64,000 nt of DNA from Gordius albopunctatus (GCA_964276515.1 OZ193909.1:7812001-7876000), one strand, 5' to 3'; numbered from the stretch's first letter, positions 13,205 to 24,740 are shown. The notes: a model not told the origin generated them from the sequence alone. Made by a program: numbers and translations.

Positions 13205-15449
13205 ATTTAATACTAATAAAAACGGGAAACGCAAAAGAGTTCGTAAGTTAGTAAGTTCGTAAATAATAAGTTCGTAAGTTTTCCTTTAATCTAATACTAA
13301 TAAAAACAGGAAACGAAAAAGTGTTCCTAAGTTTTTAGGAAGTGTTTTAAACTCTTTTATATAATTACGAATTAATTGAATAAATCAATTACATTTAGTG
13401 GTAAATCCGCGAGGTATGTGTGATTGGTCAATTAGCGTCGCGAAGTAGTAAGGTAATGTAAATGAGTCAATTAACGTCACAAAGGTAAGGTAATGTATGC
13501 AACACTACAAATAGTCCCCTTCGTAGACGTGGAGCGCTACATAAAATTGAAATTTCTTGGTTGATGTAATGTATGTGTAAGGGATGTTCGTACTGCTAGC
13601 CAGTTTTTTCCCGCCTACCGTGGTTATTAGTGAGGTGGCCGAGGTGTGAGTTGTGAGTGTGTGATGTTGTTGTGCTATCCAATATATTAATAAGATCCAT
13701 AACGCGGACAGAGGTATCTATATTGGAATTGCAATCGGTCATCAACTAAACCGGTAAGCGGTATTGAGAACGTTGGTAGTAGGAGTTATCGTTTTTGCCG
13801 AACCTAGTCTTTGCTCGTTGCAAGAGGCCATGTGGTATTGGTTATGTTGTGATATGTTTTGTGATAGGCCATGCGTAAAGGAGTGGTTGGGCGTTCGGCA
13901 GACGTTGTTGTTGTTTAAAGGCGTATTCAGGCGGAGGTTAAAAAAATATATGGCTCCCCAGAGCGGGGTCACCATAAGTTTTTAAGAAGTGTTTTAAACT
14001 CCTTTATATAATCGTGAATTAATTGAATAAATCAATTACATTTAGGGATGAATCCGCGAGGTATGTGTAAGTAAGTTTGCCGCGAAGACGCCCAAGAGCT
14101 TAGTTAGTGCAATCTAAGGTTGAGCCCCTTCTAACGCCAAATGGCGCATCAGGCCACGTTAGTGATAACGTGTGTAAGTAGGCTGTAAAAAAATGATTAA
14201 CATGCAGTGTAATTATGACATGTAAATATGTAATACCTGTTGACTTGAAAGTAATGAAAAGCCTTTAATGCAAGGTCGTAAATGAATAGTGCGTGAGAAG
14301 ATCCTTACTGGGGGAGCCGCAATAATTTGTTCTTTGAGAAGTCTTTCCAACGTTTCCTGTCTTGCATGATGGGCAGCAATGAATTCCAATCATGGCCCAT
14401 TGTTTGAACATCGCGGAACACCTTGTAAAGCCAGCTGCCATTGCATTTGCGACCTTTTAGCTGAGGTGGACACCAGAACAGGGAAGATAGACAGTAGTTG
14501 GTTCCCTTCCTCCGCACTTGATGAGCCAAAAAACCCCATTTTCTCGCGAGTAGAATATTTTTAATTGGAGCGATTTTGCAACGCACACATAGATCCTCGT
14601 TGGTTATTCTCAACGGATAAAATATCCGGCAAACGATACGTAGCATTTTATTAAGACTGACTTGCAGTTTCTTTAAGCTAGGAGCCTTCAGCGACCAAGA
14701 TTCGCAACCGTATAGGAGGATTGGTAGGAACGTGACTTTGAAAATCCTCAAACGCGTCTGGAGCGTCAGTTGACGTGAGCGCCATATCACCGAGCAAGAG
14801 TAGAATTTTACCATGGTCCGTTCGGCATCCGCTTCGGCGTAGGTATCTGGAGTAAGCTCCACTCCCAAATATCGGACTTTTTGAGATGCATTTATTACGA
14901 TGTTGTTGATTACCAGAGTAGAGTTCGAGGGATCGTTTATGCATATCATAGAGCATTTGTCGGGGTTTATAAGCAGTCCTGCTTGCTTGGCTTGGATGCT
15001 GAACCTGTCTAACATTAGTTGTGCTTTGGAGATAGAAGGGGCCACTAGACAAATGTCGTCTGCGAACAACAGGGATGATAGAGTAGTGCCGTTTAGTTTG
15101 ATACCATCTGTCGGAAGTGTGGATCTCTTCATTATTAGATCCATCGCAATTATAAAGAGGAGAGGAGACAGCGGACAACCTTGCCTGACACCAGATGTTA
15201 CTGGTAAGGGTTCCGATTTGTGGGGAGGTGGGAGATAACTAGTTTCATGTTTTCGTAGAGTAGAAAGATCATGAGAATTATTTTCTTAGGCAAGCCTAAG
15301 AGGCATAGTGCTTCCCAAATGTATAGATGGCACAGCGAATCAAAAGCTTTAGCGATGTCCAATTGGTCAATTAGCGTCGCGAAGTAGTAAGGTATTGTAA
15401 ATAAGTCAATTAACGTCGCGAAGCTAAGGTAATGTATGCAACACTACAA
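13205..15449. repeat. Repeat family B (about 650-bp unit plus a partial second unit; possibly Helitron-derived), interrupted by a LINE
   Basis: 13330-13420 recurs at 13978-14068 and the unit resumes at 15361-15449 after the LINE; homologous to 55923-58114; a TCTAATACTAATAAAA start and a CCCCG/CGGGG hairpin are present. Confidence 0.7.
14069..15360 (-). mobile_element. 5'-truncated non-LTR retrotransposon (RTE-like RT, C-terminal half), one frameshift
   Basis: DIAKAFDSL, GVRQGCPLSPLLF, LLFADD, YLGV and LLYGCESW motifs; ORF 14305-15144; 3' end is an (ACTT)n-like tail at 14069; inserted inside repeat B. Confidence 0.9.
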
Positions 15450-15479
15450 GTCTGAGCCAGTTCAAATAATTAATTAGGT

Positions 15480-16560
15480 TAAATATAAATAAAGAGTATT
15501 TTTTATCAGGCAAAAGATCACAATGGAAATCGTTAACTCCAACACGATTTCCATACACAGATCAATGCCATCCGTTTATTTAAAGCGTGTTTTTATATTT
15601 TTTAGCCGTGGATGTAATTTTTGTACACCATTTAATAAATGTTATGATTCAATCTCACTAAAATATTTTGTTTTCTCAAGCACCACCATATTAAATAGTG
15701 AGGGGCCATTGCAAAAGCTTTATTTAAGTCGATTAAGACCATATGTAGGGCTTTGCTCTTTTTACGATATTTATCCATCGTTTGTCTTAATGTGAAGATT
15801 TATTCGATTGTGGATTTGCCAGCCACAAATACGATTCAGTTAGCCGAAATTTCCACCTCGTTTTTCAGCCTTGTCATTGTCACAAAGATTTCCATAAGAT
15901 TTAAGGAGTGGCAAGTTAGCTTTACCTCTGCAATTGCAACATTTCTGAGGATCTTCTTTGCTTTTAAATAAGTGTATAATCGTGTTTGCTTCTACCAATA
16001 TCTTGTTAAAGAAGTTCGTCATGGCCGCTTCAGGGCATCCGAGCAATGCTTACATTGGTATTCTATCAGGGTCATAATCTTTTCCATTTTGCATCTTGTT
16101 CATTTATGTCTTAACTTCATCTTCCTGAAAGAGTTTGACAATACATACGTTTGGCTCAATGGAGGAAATCTTTGCCATTTGCAATATTCTTAAGTTCCTT
16201 TAAATATCCTTTCCACCTTACCATCACTTCCTTCGGGATTAAGGTTTGACACTTCTCGTTTTTGACTATTTTAAAGACTCCGATATCACATATTTTCATC
16301 TTGGCCAATTTGTACATTAGTATATCGCGCCAGTTATGATCCATGGCCTTTTCGCGGCTTTCTTTCCCTATACTCTACATAATCCTTCAAAATTTTTGAT
16401 TTATGCCATTGCCTGTATAAATTTTTCTTCCTTTCGATGATATCCTTAACTGATTGATCCCACCAACATAGTTCCTTATTCATAGCTCTGCATCCTTTGG
16501 TCTATCCTAGAACCGATTCGCTGTTTCCTTCATGTCTTTAATTCTTTGCAACTTCCCATC
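15480..16560 (-). mobile_element. Degenerate RTE LINE fragment (same family as 24855-27892)
   Basis: Colinear reverse-complement similarity to about 25965-27150 (ELCWWDQSVKD, RWKGYLKEL, KEDPQKC). Confidence 0.8.
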
Positions 16561-17743
16561 GTACCCTGAACCGTCTTATGTAGTGTTCACCGGGAGGAAC
16601 GTGTTCATCAGGGTATTCACAGCAATAGCCTTTTGGGTAAGCAAGTTAATCTTGAAGGGGATTTCAGTATTGCCCAGGAAGAGGTTATGGGCTGGTGAGA
16701 AGAACTTCGTTCACCGCATGACCATATAAGTATAGTCTGTAAGGATACCTAAACAGGTATGTGCAACGAGCGGGTGCGGTTTCTTCCTTTCCAGAATAAA
16801 GTGGCTGATGATCATTATAACTGCATCCATTTTACGTAAGAATTTAGTAAATAGAAAGTTCATAGGTGGATAGATAAATGAAGATGCCCATGTAGTTCAA
16901 CAGTTTCTGAAGCGTGAGTTGAGACTTTAATACATTAATGGAGAGATTTCATTTGTGGGCCATGCGAACAAAGTTTTTGATATCTTCTTGACAGTGGCAA
17001 TATCCGAACTGTAAATGAGAATGTCTTCGAAATAGACGTTCTAATTAGTTTTGGTGGCAGACTTTGCGCATAGATCTAGTATGATTTGCGGTAGAACAAA
17101 GCGCCGGTTGGTAGGACGTTGTAAGAATATTTTCTTTCACCTGTCTTGAACCCGAAAATATGGCTGATAGACGGTTCAAGTGAATTAAGAAAATTTACAA
17201 GCAAAATTGGCGAGAGTAAGTGGTTTTGCGATGAGTGGAATCAATTTAAGGGAAAAGGGGTATTATATATAATTAATAGAGATGATTACAAAACAGCAAT
17301 CTCCGGGGAGACCCATCTTATTTAGCAATAAAATACATCGGGGATCCAATGGTACGGGTGTTTCTCCAAACAATATGTGAATTAGTGATTTGATCGAAAT
17401 TGCGATGAATGCGGTGGATAGATCTAACAAATCTGAAGTAAATTAGACCCAAATTCTAGGCTAATGCCCGACGATTGATTTTTGGCTTAAAGCCTTTCTT
17501 AGCAACGTTAAAAGGGGATTGGGATTGAGAGGGGTGGGGTCCTAAAAGGGTGGTATCTAAATTTAAAGGAAGAGGGAATAGGTTACGATTACCTTTGGAG
17601 ATTTCGCAGAAAGCGGAAAAATTAGAGACATTTGATAGTTTGTTAATTGTGGGGGTCGCCTCGCTATCTAATTCGTCGTCGTGAAGTGGAGCCGTGAGAT
17701 ATTACGGCATAATTGTTTATTAATTATAAGTTTTAGAAATAAG
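16560..17743 (-). pseudogene. Decayed reverse transcriptase of DIRS-like (or hepadnavirus-like retroelement) type
   Basis: Ordered RT motifs on the minus strand: IGSPMYFIAK*DGSPRRL (about 17353-17290), HIFGFKTGERKYSYNVLPTG (about 17163-17100), VYFEDILIYS (17037-17008) and INVLKSQLTLQKLLNYMGIFI (16939-16877), with stops and frameshifts. Confidence 0.6.
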
Positions 17744-18011
17744 CAGTGGCGTACGCAAGGCCCCCCCCCCCGCGGATTTCGAAAAAATATTTTTTATTTT
17801 CTAATATAGCATTATATAGTAAATATCATAAAATGAGTGCTATTTAATTAACTATGGAGAGCTCTTATTTTCAACAACCATTAAGTATTTTTAGGCTTAA
17901 TATATTTTTCCTAAATTTTCCTTGTGGTTATAAAACGTATGCATTTCATATGAATTCCTCTATCAATTTGAATAAAAGAAAAGGCGCGATATTTAAATAT
18001 TGTGTCAAAAA

Positions 18012-18262
18012 AGTTAATCATGTGGAAAAAGGATTTGCTAGTGGAAAAAGGATTTGCTAGTGGTAAGATTTTTAAATGATCATAGTTAGATGTTAATTTT
18101 AGATTTAGTTCATGTGGAAAAGGGATCTGCAAGTGGTAAGATTTTTAACTGATCATATTAGATGTTAATTTTAGATTTAGTTCATGTGGAAAAAGGATCT
18201 GCAAGTGGTAAGATTTTTAACTGATCATATTAGATGTTAATTTTAGATTTAGTTCATGTGGA
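18012..18262 (+). repeat. 72-bp tandem repeat (about 3.3 copies); unit is a 39-nt GT-AG intron plus a 33-nt exon
   Basis: Period 72 (agttcatgtgg at 18107, 18179, 18251); GTAAG...TTTTAG segments at 18063-18102, 18136-18174 and 18208-18246. Confidence 0.9.
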
Positions 18263-18381
18263 ACAAGCTTCTTGTACATCAACATCACCACCTGATATTT
18301 TAATGAACAATATTAATTATTATGATATATCAAACTTTATAAAAAAAATAAAGATATGCAGAAGATGAAACTTATAAAAAT

Positions 18382-19383
18382 TTGAAATTAAAAACTCTCT
18401 GTGAAACAAGATGGGTTCAAAAGCATCAAGCAATAAACCGCTTTTTTGAATTAAGAGATTCAATCATCACAACCCTTGAGCAGATTAGTGAATGGGCAGA
18501 CAATGATTCCTCTTCGGGTGCCATGCTATTGGTATCAGCACTTAAAACTGGCCATTTTTGGTTATCATTACACACACTAAAGCAAATCTTTGCTTATACT
18601 TTAAATCTTAGCATTCATTTGCAAAGCGTTAACCTGGACTTATCACAGGCAATAAATGCGGCCGAAAACGTTGTGGAAGCTATTAAATTAATTAGAAATA
18701 ATTCTCAGGTAGAGTTTTCCAGGATTTTTAAAGATGTCACATTGATGGGAAAACAATATGACTTTGAGATTTCGATTCCCAGAGGAAATGTCCAACAAAC
18801 CCCAGAAGCTTATTATAGAATAACTCTGTATAATGCATTCTTAGACACTTTTTTGGTAGAAATGGACACAAGGTTTCTTGAGAATAAACAAATTCTCATG
18901 GGATTTAATTCTTTACTACTACAACCACCTGTAAAGCTATCTGAAGTTAAACTGGCGAACTTTTTGAATTTAGCGAATTTTTATGGGGATGATTTGAATG
19001 GAAATCAAGAAATTTATGAGGCTGAGATTAAACTCTGGTATCAATCTTTTAAAGATTGTAACCCTGAAGTCCTGCCTTTTAATGCACTAAAAGCATTGTC
19101 GGATTATAATTCCAAGCTGCTTCTATATCCAAATATAAGAGTGTTATACCAGATTTTAGCAACACTCCCAGTAACAACGTGTTCTAATGAAGGAAGTTTT
19201 TCTACGCTGAGAAGACTTAAAACTTACTTGAGGAATACAACTGGGCAAGAGGGGTAAATACATTTTATTACAAAGTCTTAATTTTATATAGGCTTATAGG
19301 TTTGACCTTGTTGAATATTCATAGAGATTTAATTCCAGACACTCAAGATATAATCAATGAATTTTTATCTAAATCGCGCAAAT
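18382..19383 (+). pseudogene. hAT transposase C-terminal part with dimerisation domain; 38-nt intron at 19253-19290
   Basis: LKTLCETRW; LATLPVTTCSNEGSFSTLRRLKTYLRNTTGQE spliced to LIGLTLLNIHRD; catalytic N-terminal part is missing. Confidence 0.85.
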
Positions 19384-19918
19384 AATTTTTTCCCTACTAT
19401 TTATTTTATAAAATTATATGATATGACGTTTATAATAAATATTTTTTGTGAAAGTGTTTGTAATTAAATAAATTGTAAAATTAATATGATTCTGATTTAA
19501 AAACCCTCCCCGCAGAAAAATCCTGCGTACGCCCCTGGAAATAAGCATGGTCAAAACAGGGGTGGGGGAGAAAAATCCTTCTCTCCTATTTTTAAAACTT
19601 TTCCACTCCTTTTTTTGGTTCAACTTGAATTCTGACTTACTAATGCTTATTAGGCTTCAAAAATTAATTTCTATCAAACGATCTTGACTGAAACGTAAGA
19701 AAAATGAGAATTTAGATATTTTTAAATCGTCGTTGATAAATTTATGGCAAAAATTTAATGGTAATTATTAATGTATTATAAAAAAATTAAGTTTTTAGTT
19801 TGATTACAACTTTTATTTATGACAATAATAAAAATTGTGACTTTAATAAAGCTATGTTCGGTAGAGCTCTCTGCTATATCAAAATGTATCTAATTGTAGT
19901 TAGAAATCATACTACCTT

Positions 19919-20721
19919 ATGTTCACTGAATTGAGATGCCTTTGCAGTAAAAACTTGAATATTTGCGCAAAAAGAAGTTTATTGCTTCTAAAGGACAAGC
20001 ATCCATTAGTTATTCGTTATGAATGCAATTCTACAAAGCAGAATATTGCGCATAACACACGAAATAATTTGTATTACACAATATCAATTGCTGTTGGCTT
20101 CTTAGGATTAAGTTATTGTGCCGTCCCATTGTATAAAAGATTTTGCCAAGTTAGTTTATAATAATGCGAAAAAATTATAAAGAATTATAGATTACAGGCT
20201 TAGGTGGAAATAGTGCTTTGATGGACCTAAAAAGTGAAGTTAAGGTCCAAGATTTGCCAAAGGTCCAATCTCGACCAATAAGGGTCTATTTTAATGCAGA
20301 TACAAATTCTTTAAATGAATGGAATTTTCAGCCCCTTCAAAAAACCATTGAAGTAGACTATTTTAGAGGAAACTCAAATGTTACAGGTTATTCCAGGGGA
20401 GACGGCACTAGCATTTTACACTGCTGAAAATAAGAATAAAGATCCTGTCATTGGAATTGCAACTTATACAATTTTGCCATATGTTGCTGCTCAATATTTT
20501 CACAAAATACAATGTTTTTGTTTTGAGGAACAGTTATTAAACCCACATGAAAAGGTAATTATTGGATATGAACTAATATCAATTTTGCATAGGTTGATCT
20601 GCCAGTTTTTTTCTATGTGCATCCTGACTATGTTATGGATCCTGCTTTAGAAAATGTTGATAATATAGTTTTATCCTATACTTTTTTTCAATCAAAAGAT
20701 AATATTGAAGATTTTTACTAA
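19919..20721 (+). CDS. COX11: Cytochrome c oxidase assembly copper chaperone COX11; exons 19919-20149, 20191-20352, 20387-20554, 20593-20721
   Basis: SYCAVPLYKRFCQ|ITGLGG, VYFNAD, WNFQPLQ, PGETALAFYTAEN, copper-binding KIQCFCFEEQ, VDLPVFFY, LSYTFF; GT-AG introns of 41, 34 and 38 nt; AATAAA at 20726. Confidence 0.97.
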
Positions 20722-21409
20722 AATGAATAAATCTATATTGAGTTTAATTCCACAATTTTAGAGTTAAATTTTATATGCCATAGGCATTAATTATTAATAA
20801 TTTTATTATTATTTCCTCATTCAATCTCTAACTCAAAAAATAAATTAGAACACATTAAGTTGATGCTGCTAGCAAGCTTGTAATTTTTTTTTGTGATACA
20901 ATTTATGAGCTCACTTTTGGTTGACTGTCTATCCTCTCCACTTGGGTTTATTTTATAAAGGAAACTAATGATTCTCTAAAAGGATTTTTTGCTTCCACAT
21001 AAAGACTAGCTAATGACTGCACGTTGGCTTTAACTTTTCCGACCTCGCCCAAGCCCAAATTTAATTTTTATTTTTGTGCCCCAACTGATTACTTTAATAG
21101 ATTTTTTTGAAGCTCGCTTCACATTTAATTTGTCTGACGTCGGCCTGAGGCCAAACGGCGATTTTGCTTTAATATTTGCTACAAACATACTAATGACCAC
21201 TGTTTAAATATAATTTGTTGGACCTCGTCTAAAAGCCAAAATTTTATTCATAAGATCTTAGCTTTTGGTTTTCGGGTGCAACTCTCTTCACAAAATAAAT
21301 TTTTCCACGGAAAATAAATGATGACTCTTTCCCTGCCAAAGACCAAGCATTTTTTCCCTTGGCCTCACTTGATTCTAAATATTTTGAATTTCCCCATTTT
21401 ATTGGTTAG

Positions 21410-22257
21410 ATTATGCTGCTTCGACTCCACCTGAGTATTTTTATATGCTACTATACTGCCTCGTGCGCCGAGTAGCACGCACAGATTTTGCTATACGCGC
21501 TTGTTAAACAACTCAGTGGGCATTAGAGGTCAGATTTGTTAAGATTTTTCTGCCCGCTAACCCGGTTCAATTTTTATACTTAACTGGCCCCAGGGCTCGC
21601 CCGAAGCCTTCTAAGTGTCCGGCAGGCCATGCTCGAAGCATTAGAGCTATCCGGCGCGAAATTATATTTTTATAATTTCTAGCAGTAATATCGTTATTTT
21701 TTTAAAAGGTTTTAATTTCTGAAATTTTGGATAGAACTAGGGTTCACAAATATTATACAATAAAAAATAAAAGCTACAAAATAATACATGAAAACAAAAT
21801 AACACAGGCTATAATATACATTATTGAGATTGATTGGCCCAAATATTGTTATGGTGCCCGCTCAGGCGCGCCTAAAAATCTAAAACTATGACAGTTCCCG
21901 GCCCGTAGGCTAAGCGGGCCGGGCCGGGCCGGCCCTTTATGGTATCTGGGTGCATGCCCGCCTCTGGAGTTGAAGCAAGTGAGCAATTTAACAAATCTAG
22001 TTGTGAACTAGTCAAGTAAAATTCAATCCTTATTACAATCTTCACTAAAAAAATTTTAATTGTAGGTAAGAAATTATTAAATTAAGCCTAATGTTAAATA
22101 TAAATTTTATAAAAATAGAATTTGTGCACACGTCTTATTTTTTAAACCCAATTTTTTGCGGTATATCGTTTTACCCCCTCCCCGCAAGTAGATAAGCTAA
22201 AGTACACCGCATTTTTTTTGTGTATAAATAATTTTTTACCAATTAATTAATTGTATT
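21410..22257. repeat. Duplicated composite TE block (continues 24164-24520); paralogue at 36909-38030
   Basis: Colinear high similarity from ttatgctgcttcgac onward, including a nested AGAGGTCAGATTTG MITE. Confidence 0.85.
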
Positions 22258-24165
22258 AATTGCTATGCAATTTATGGGCTCGTTTTTGGTTGTCCGTCCG
22301 TCCGTCTACCAAGTTATTTACACCAGCTTCCCGACCTGGAGGTTGCGGGTTCGAGACCCGGAGAGGACAAAATTTTTTTTTTTTTTTAAATTAAATTAAT
22401 ATTTTTTTCTTGTTAATACCATTGATAATATGACTTTTTGACCGTCCGCAGGCTACTGACCAATGAAAAAATGACCACTGGCCAGATAAATCGAAATTTT
22501 TAATTTTTCATTTTTGAATAGTTTAACATTGATAATTACCCTATGCCGTCCCCTACAAGGGCCTATGGCTCTATTTATATGGTTCCCTGTTCCCCTCCAA
22601 AGGCTTATGCCTCTATTTAATGTGGGTTTGAATCCCGGCGAACGTTCTAAATTGATGGTTCGAGACCCGGAGAGGACAAAAATTTTTATTTTTTTTTAAA
22701 TTAAATTAATATATTGTTGTTGTTAATACCATTGATAATATGAATTTTTGACCGTCCGCAGGCTACTGACCAATGAAAAAATGACCACTTGCCAGATAAA
22801 TCGAAATTTTTAATTTTTCGTTTTTGAATAGTTTAACATTGATAATTACCCTATGCCCTCCCCTACAAGGGCCTATGGCTCTATTTATATGGTTCCCTGT
22901 TCCCCTCCAAAGGCTTATGCCTCTATTTAATGTGGGTTCGAATCCCGGAGAGGGCAAAATTTTTATTTTTTTAATTAATTTAATATTTTGTTCTTGTTAA
23001 TACCATTGATAATATGACTTTTTGACCGTCCGCTGGCTACTGACCAATGAAAAAATGAACATTGGCCAAATAAATCGTAATTTTTCGTTTTTCCTTTTTG
23101 AATAAGTTAACATTGATAATTGAAAAAAATTACCATTGGCCAAATAAATCAAAATTTTTTGTTCGTTTTTGAATAGGTTAACATTGATAATTACCCTATA
23201 CTTTTTAATAATTGCTATGCAATTTATCTAGTTTTTGGGTTAGAATCCCGGAGTTTTTTTTGACTCTTATGATTGTTCTTGTTACTATCAATGATAATAA
23301 GACTTTTTGGCCGTCCGCTGGCTGCTGACCAATGAAAAAAATGACCATTGGCCAAAATGTGTATCCGAGTTTATTTTTTCGTTTTTTTTGAATATTATGA
23401 TTGTTCCTGTTCCTACCATTGCTATTATGACTTTTTGGCCGTCCGCTGGCTGCTGACCAATGGAATAAAATGACCATTGGCCAAAATGTGATTCGAAAAC
23501 TTTTTTTTCGTTTTTTTTGACTATTATGAATTTATATCCACTTTTACCGTGTCCTGGCTGCTGACCAATAGAAAAAATGACCTTTGGCCAAAATGTGATT
23601 CGAAATTATTTTTTCCGTTTTTTTGACTATTATGATTGTTCCTGTTCCTACCATTGCTATTATGACTTTTTGGCCGTCCGCTGGCTGCTGACCAATGGAA
23701 TAAAATAACCATTGGCCAAAATGTGATTCGAAAACTTTTTTTCGTTTTTTTGACTATTATGAATTTATATCCACTTTTACCGTGTCCTGGCTGCTGACCA
23801 ATAGAAAAAATGACCTTTGGCCAAAATGTGATTCGAAAATTTTTTTTCGTTTTTTTTTGACTATTATGATTGTTCCTGTTCCTACCATTGCTATTATGAC
23901 TTTTTGGTAATACAACTCCCGTAGAATTTAACTAACCATAAAGCTTCCCCTTCGCTCCCTCTCTCCCCCTTTATGATATTTGGCATATACACTTATTTAG
24001 TGCTTCCAACCTTCGTTTTGCAATATTCACGTAAGTATTTCCATAAATTGCATAGCAAATATGATACATTTATACGGAGTGTAGATGAGTTCCCCCTTCC
24101 TTCCCCTCCTCCCCTTCCCCCTTCCCTCCCCTTCCCCCTTCCCACGAGGGCCGAAGGCCCGAGTT
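22258..24165 (+). mobile_element. Non-autonomous Helentron/DINE-1-like (HINE) element with internal tandem repeats, copy 1
   Basis: Subterminal IR ATTGCTATGCAATTTATGG / CCATAAATTGCATAGCAA (24041); (GTCC)n microsatellite near the 5' end; about 320-bp and about 120-bp tandem units; terminal hairpin GGGCC-GAA-GGCCC (24148-24160); inserted in a T run (empty site at about 37711-37725). Confidence 0.75.
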
Positions 24166-24229
24166 TTATATAATTGTCGGATTTTTTATTGATAAGCAAA
24201 GTACTAAAAACAAAAATTGAATTAGTAAT

Positions 24230-24740
24230 AAAACTAGCAATAGTTTAATGGAAAAAGTTTATTCGCGAATTTCGCTTATGCTTTATGTCCGTTTCACGAA
24301 ACAAAGTCCACACATGGTCAGCCATCATTGAAACATTCCATCTACCATTGTATATTTATTCCATTTTAGATATGAGTTGGTGAAAACGTTCACCCTGCCT
24401 GCTCTTCACTCACGGCACCTAAATTTATGGGAATGTAGGTAGTGTATTTTGAGCGACATTCGGCATTCCATTTTTTTATATGTTTTTAATAACCATTAAT
24501 TTTTGTTACTTCAAAAATTATGGCATACCCATTTAAATGCATTCCACGCTTGAATTTCATTTAAACCCTTTAAAAGAATCTTTGAAAAGAATTGGAATCT
24601 AAGGTCCTTCAAAAATTCCTCCTTTAATCTTTGCGATACTTAATTTAGGAAATTTAAATTTTAGATAATGAAAGGCAATAGAGCTGTTTTGTCCCATGGC
24701 CTTCACAAGGTTTTAGATTAAGCCTAATTTAATGTGTATG
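24230..24740 (-). pseudogene. Chapaev3/CMC-type transposase C-terminal remnant
   Basis: HIKLGLI*NLVKAM, FPKLSIAKIKGGIFEGP, MSLKIHYLHSH, NLGAVSEE..QGERFHQ, GRWNVSMMADHVWTL. Confidence 0.8.

Larger units (their letters stand above)
17744..19537 (+). mobile_element. Internally deleted hAT transposon (THAP12/ZMYM1-like transposase C-terminus)
   Basis: TIRs CAGTGGCGTACGCA / TGCGTACGCCCCTG; perfect 8-bp TSD GAAATAAG (17736-17743 and 19538-19545). Confidence 0.95.

Noticed and set aside
14678..15238. Alternative-frame and antisense ORFs of 166 and 112 aa
   Set aside because: Shadows of the LINE RT coding sequence
22323..22368. Possible tRNA gene
   Set aside because: No D-arm/A-box or acceptor stem; it lies inside a repeated element and is reported as a tRNA-derived fragment
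23280..23905. CRISPR-like regular repeats
   Set aside because: The units are contiguous about 120-bp tandem repeats without unique spacers, in a eukaryotic context with no cas genes
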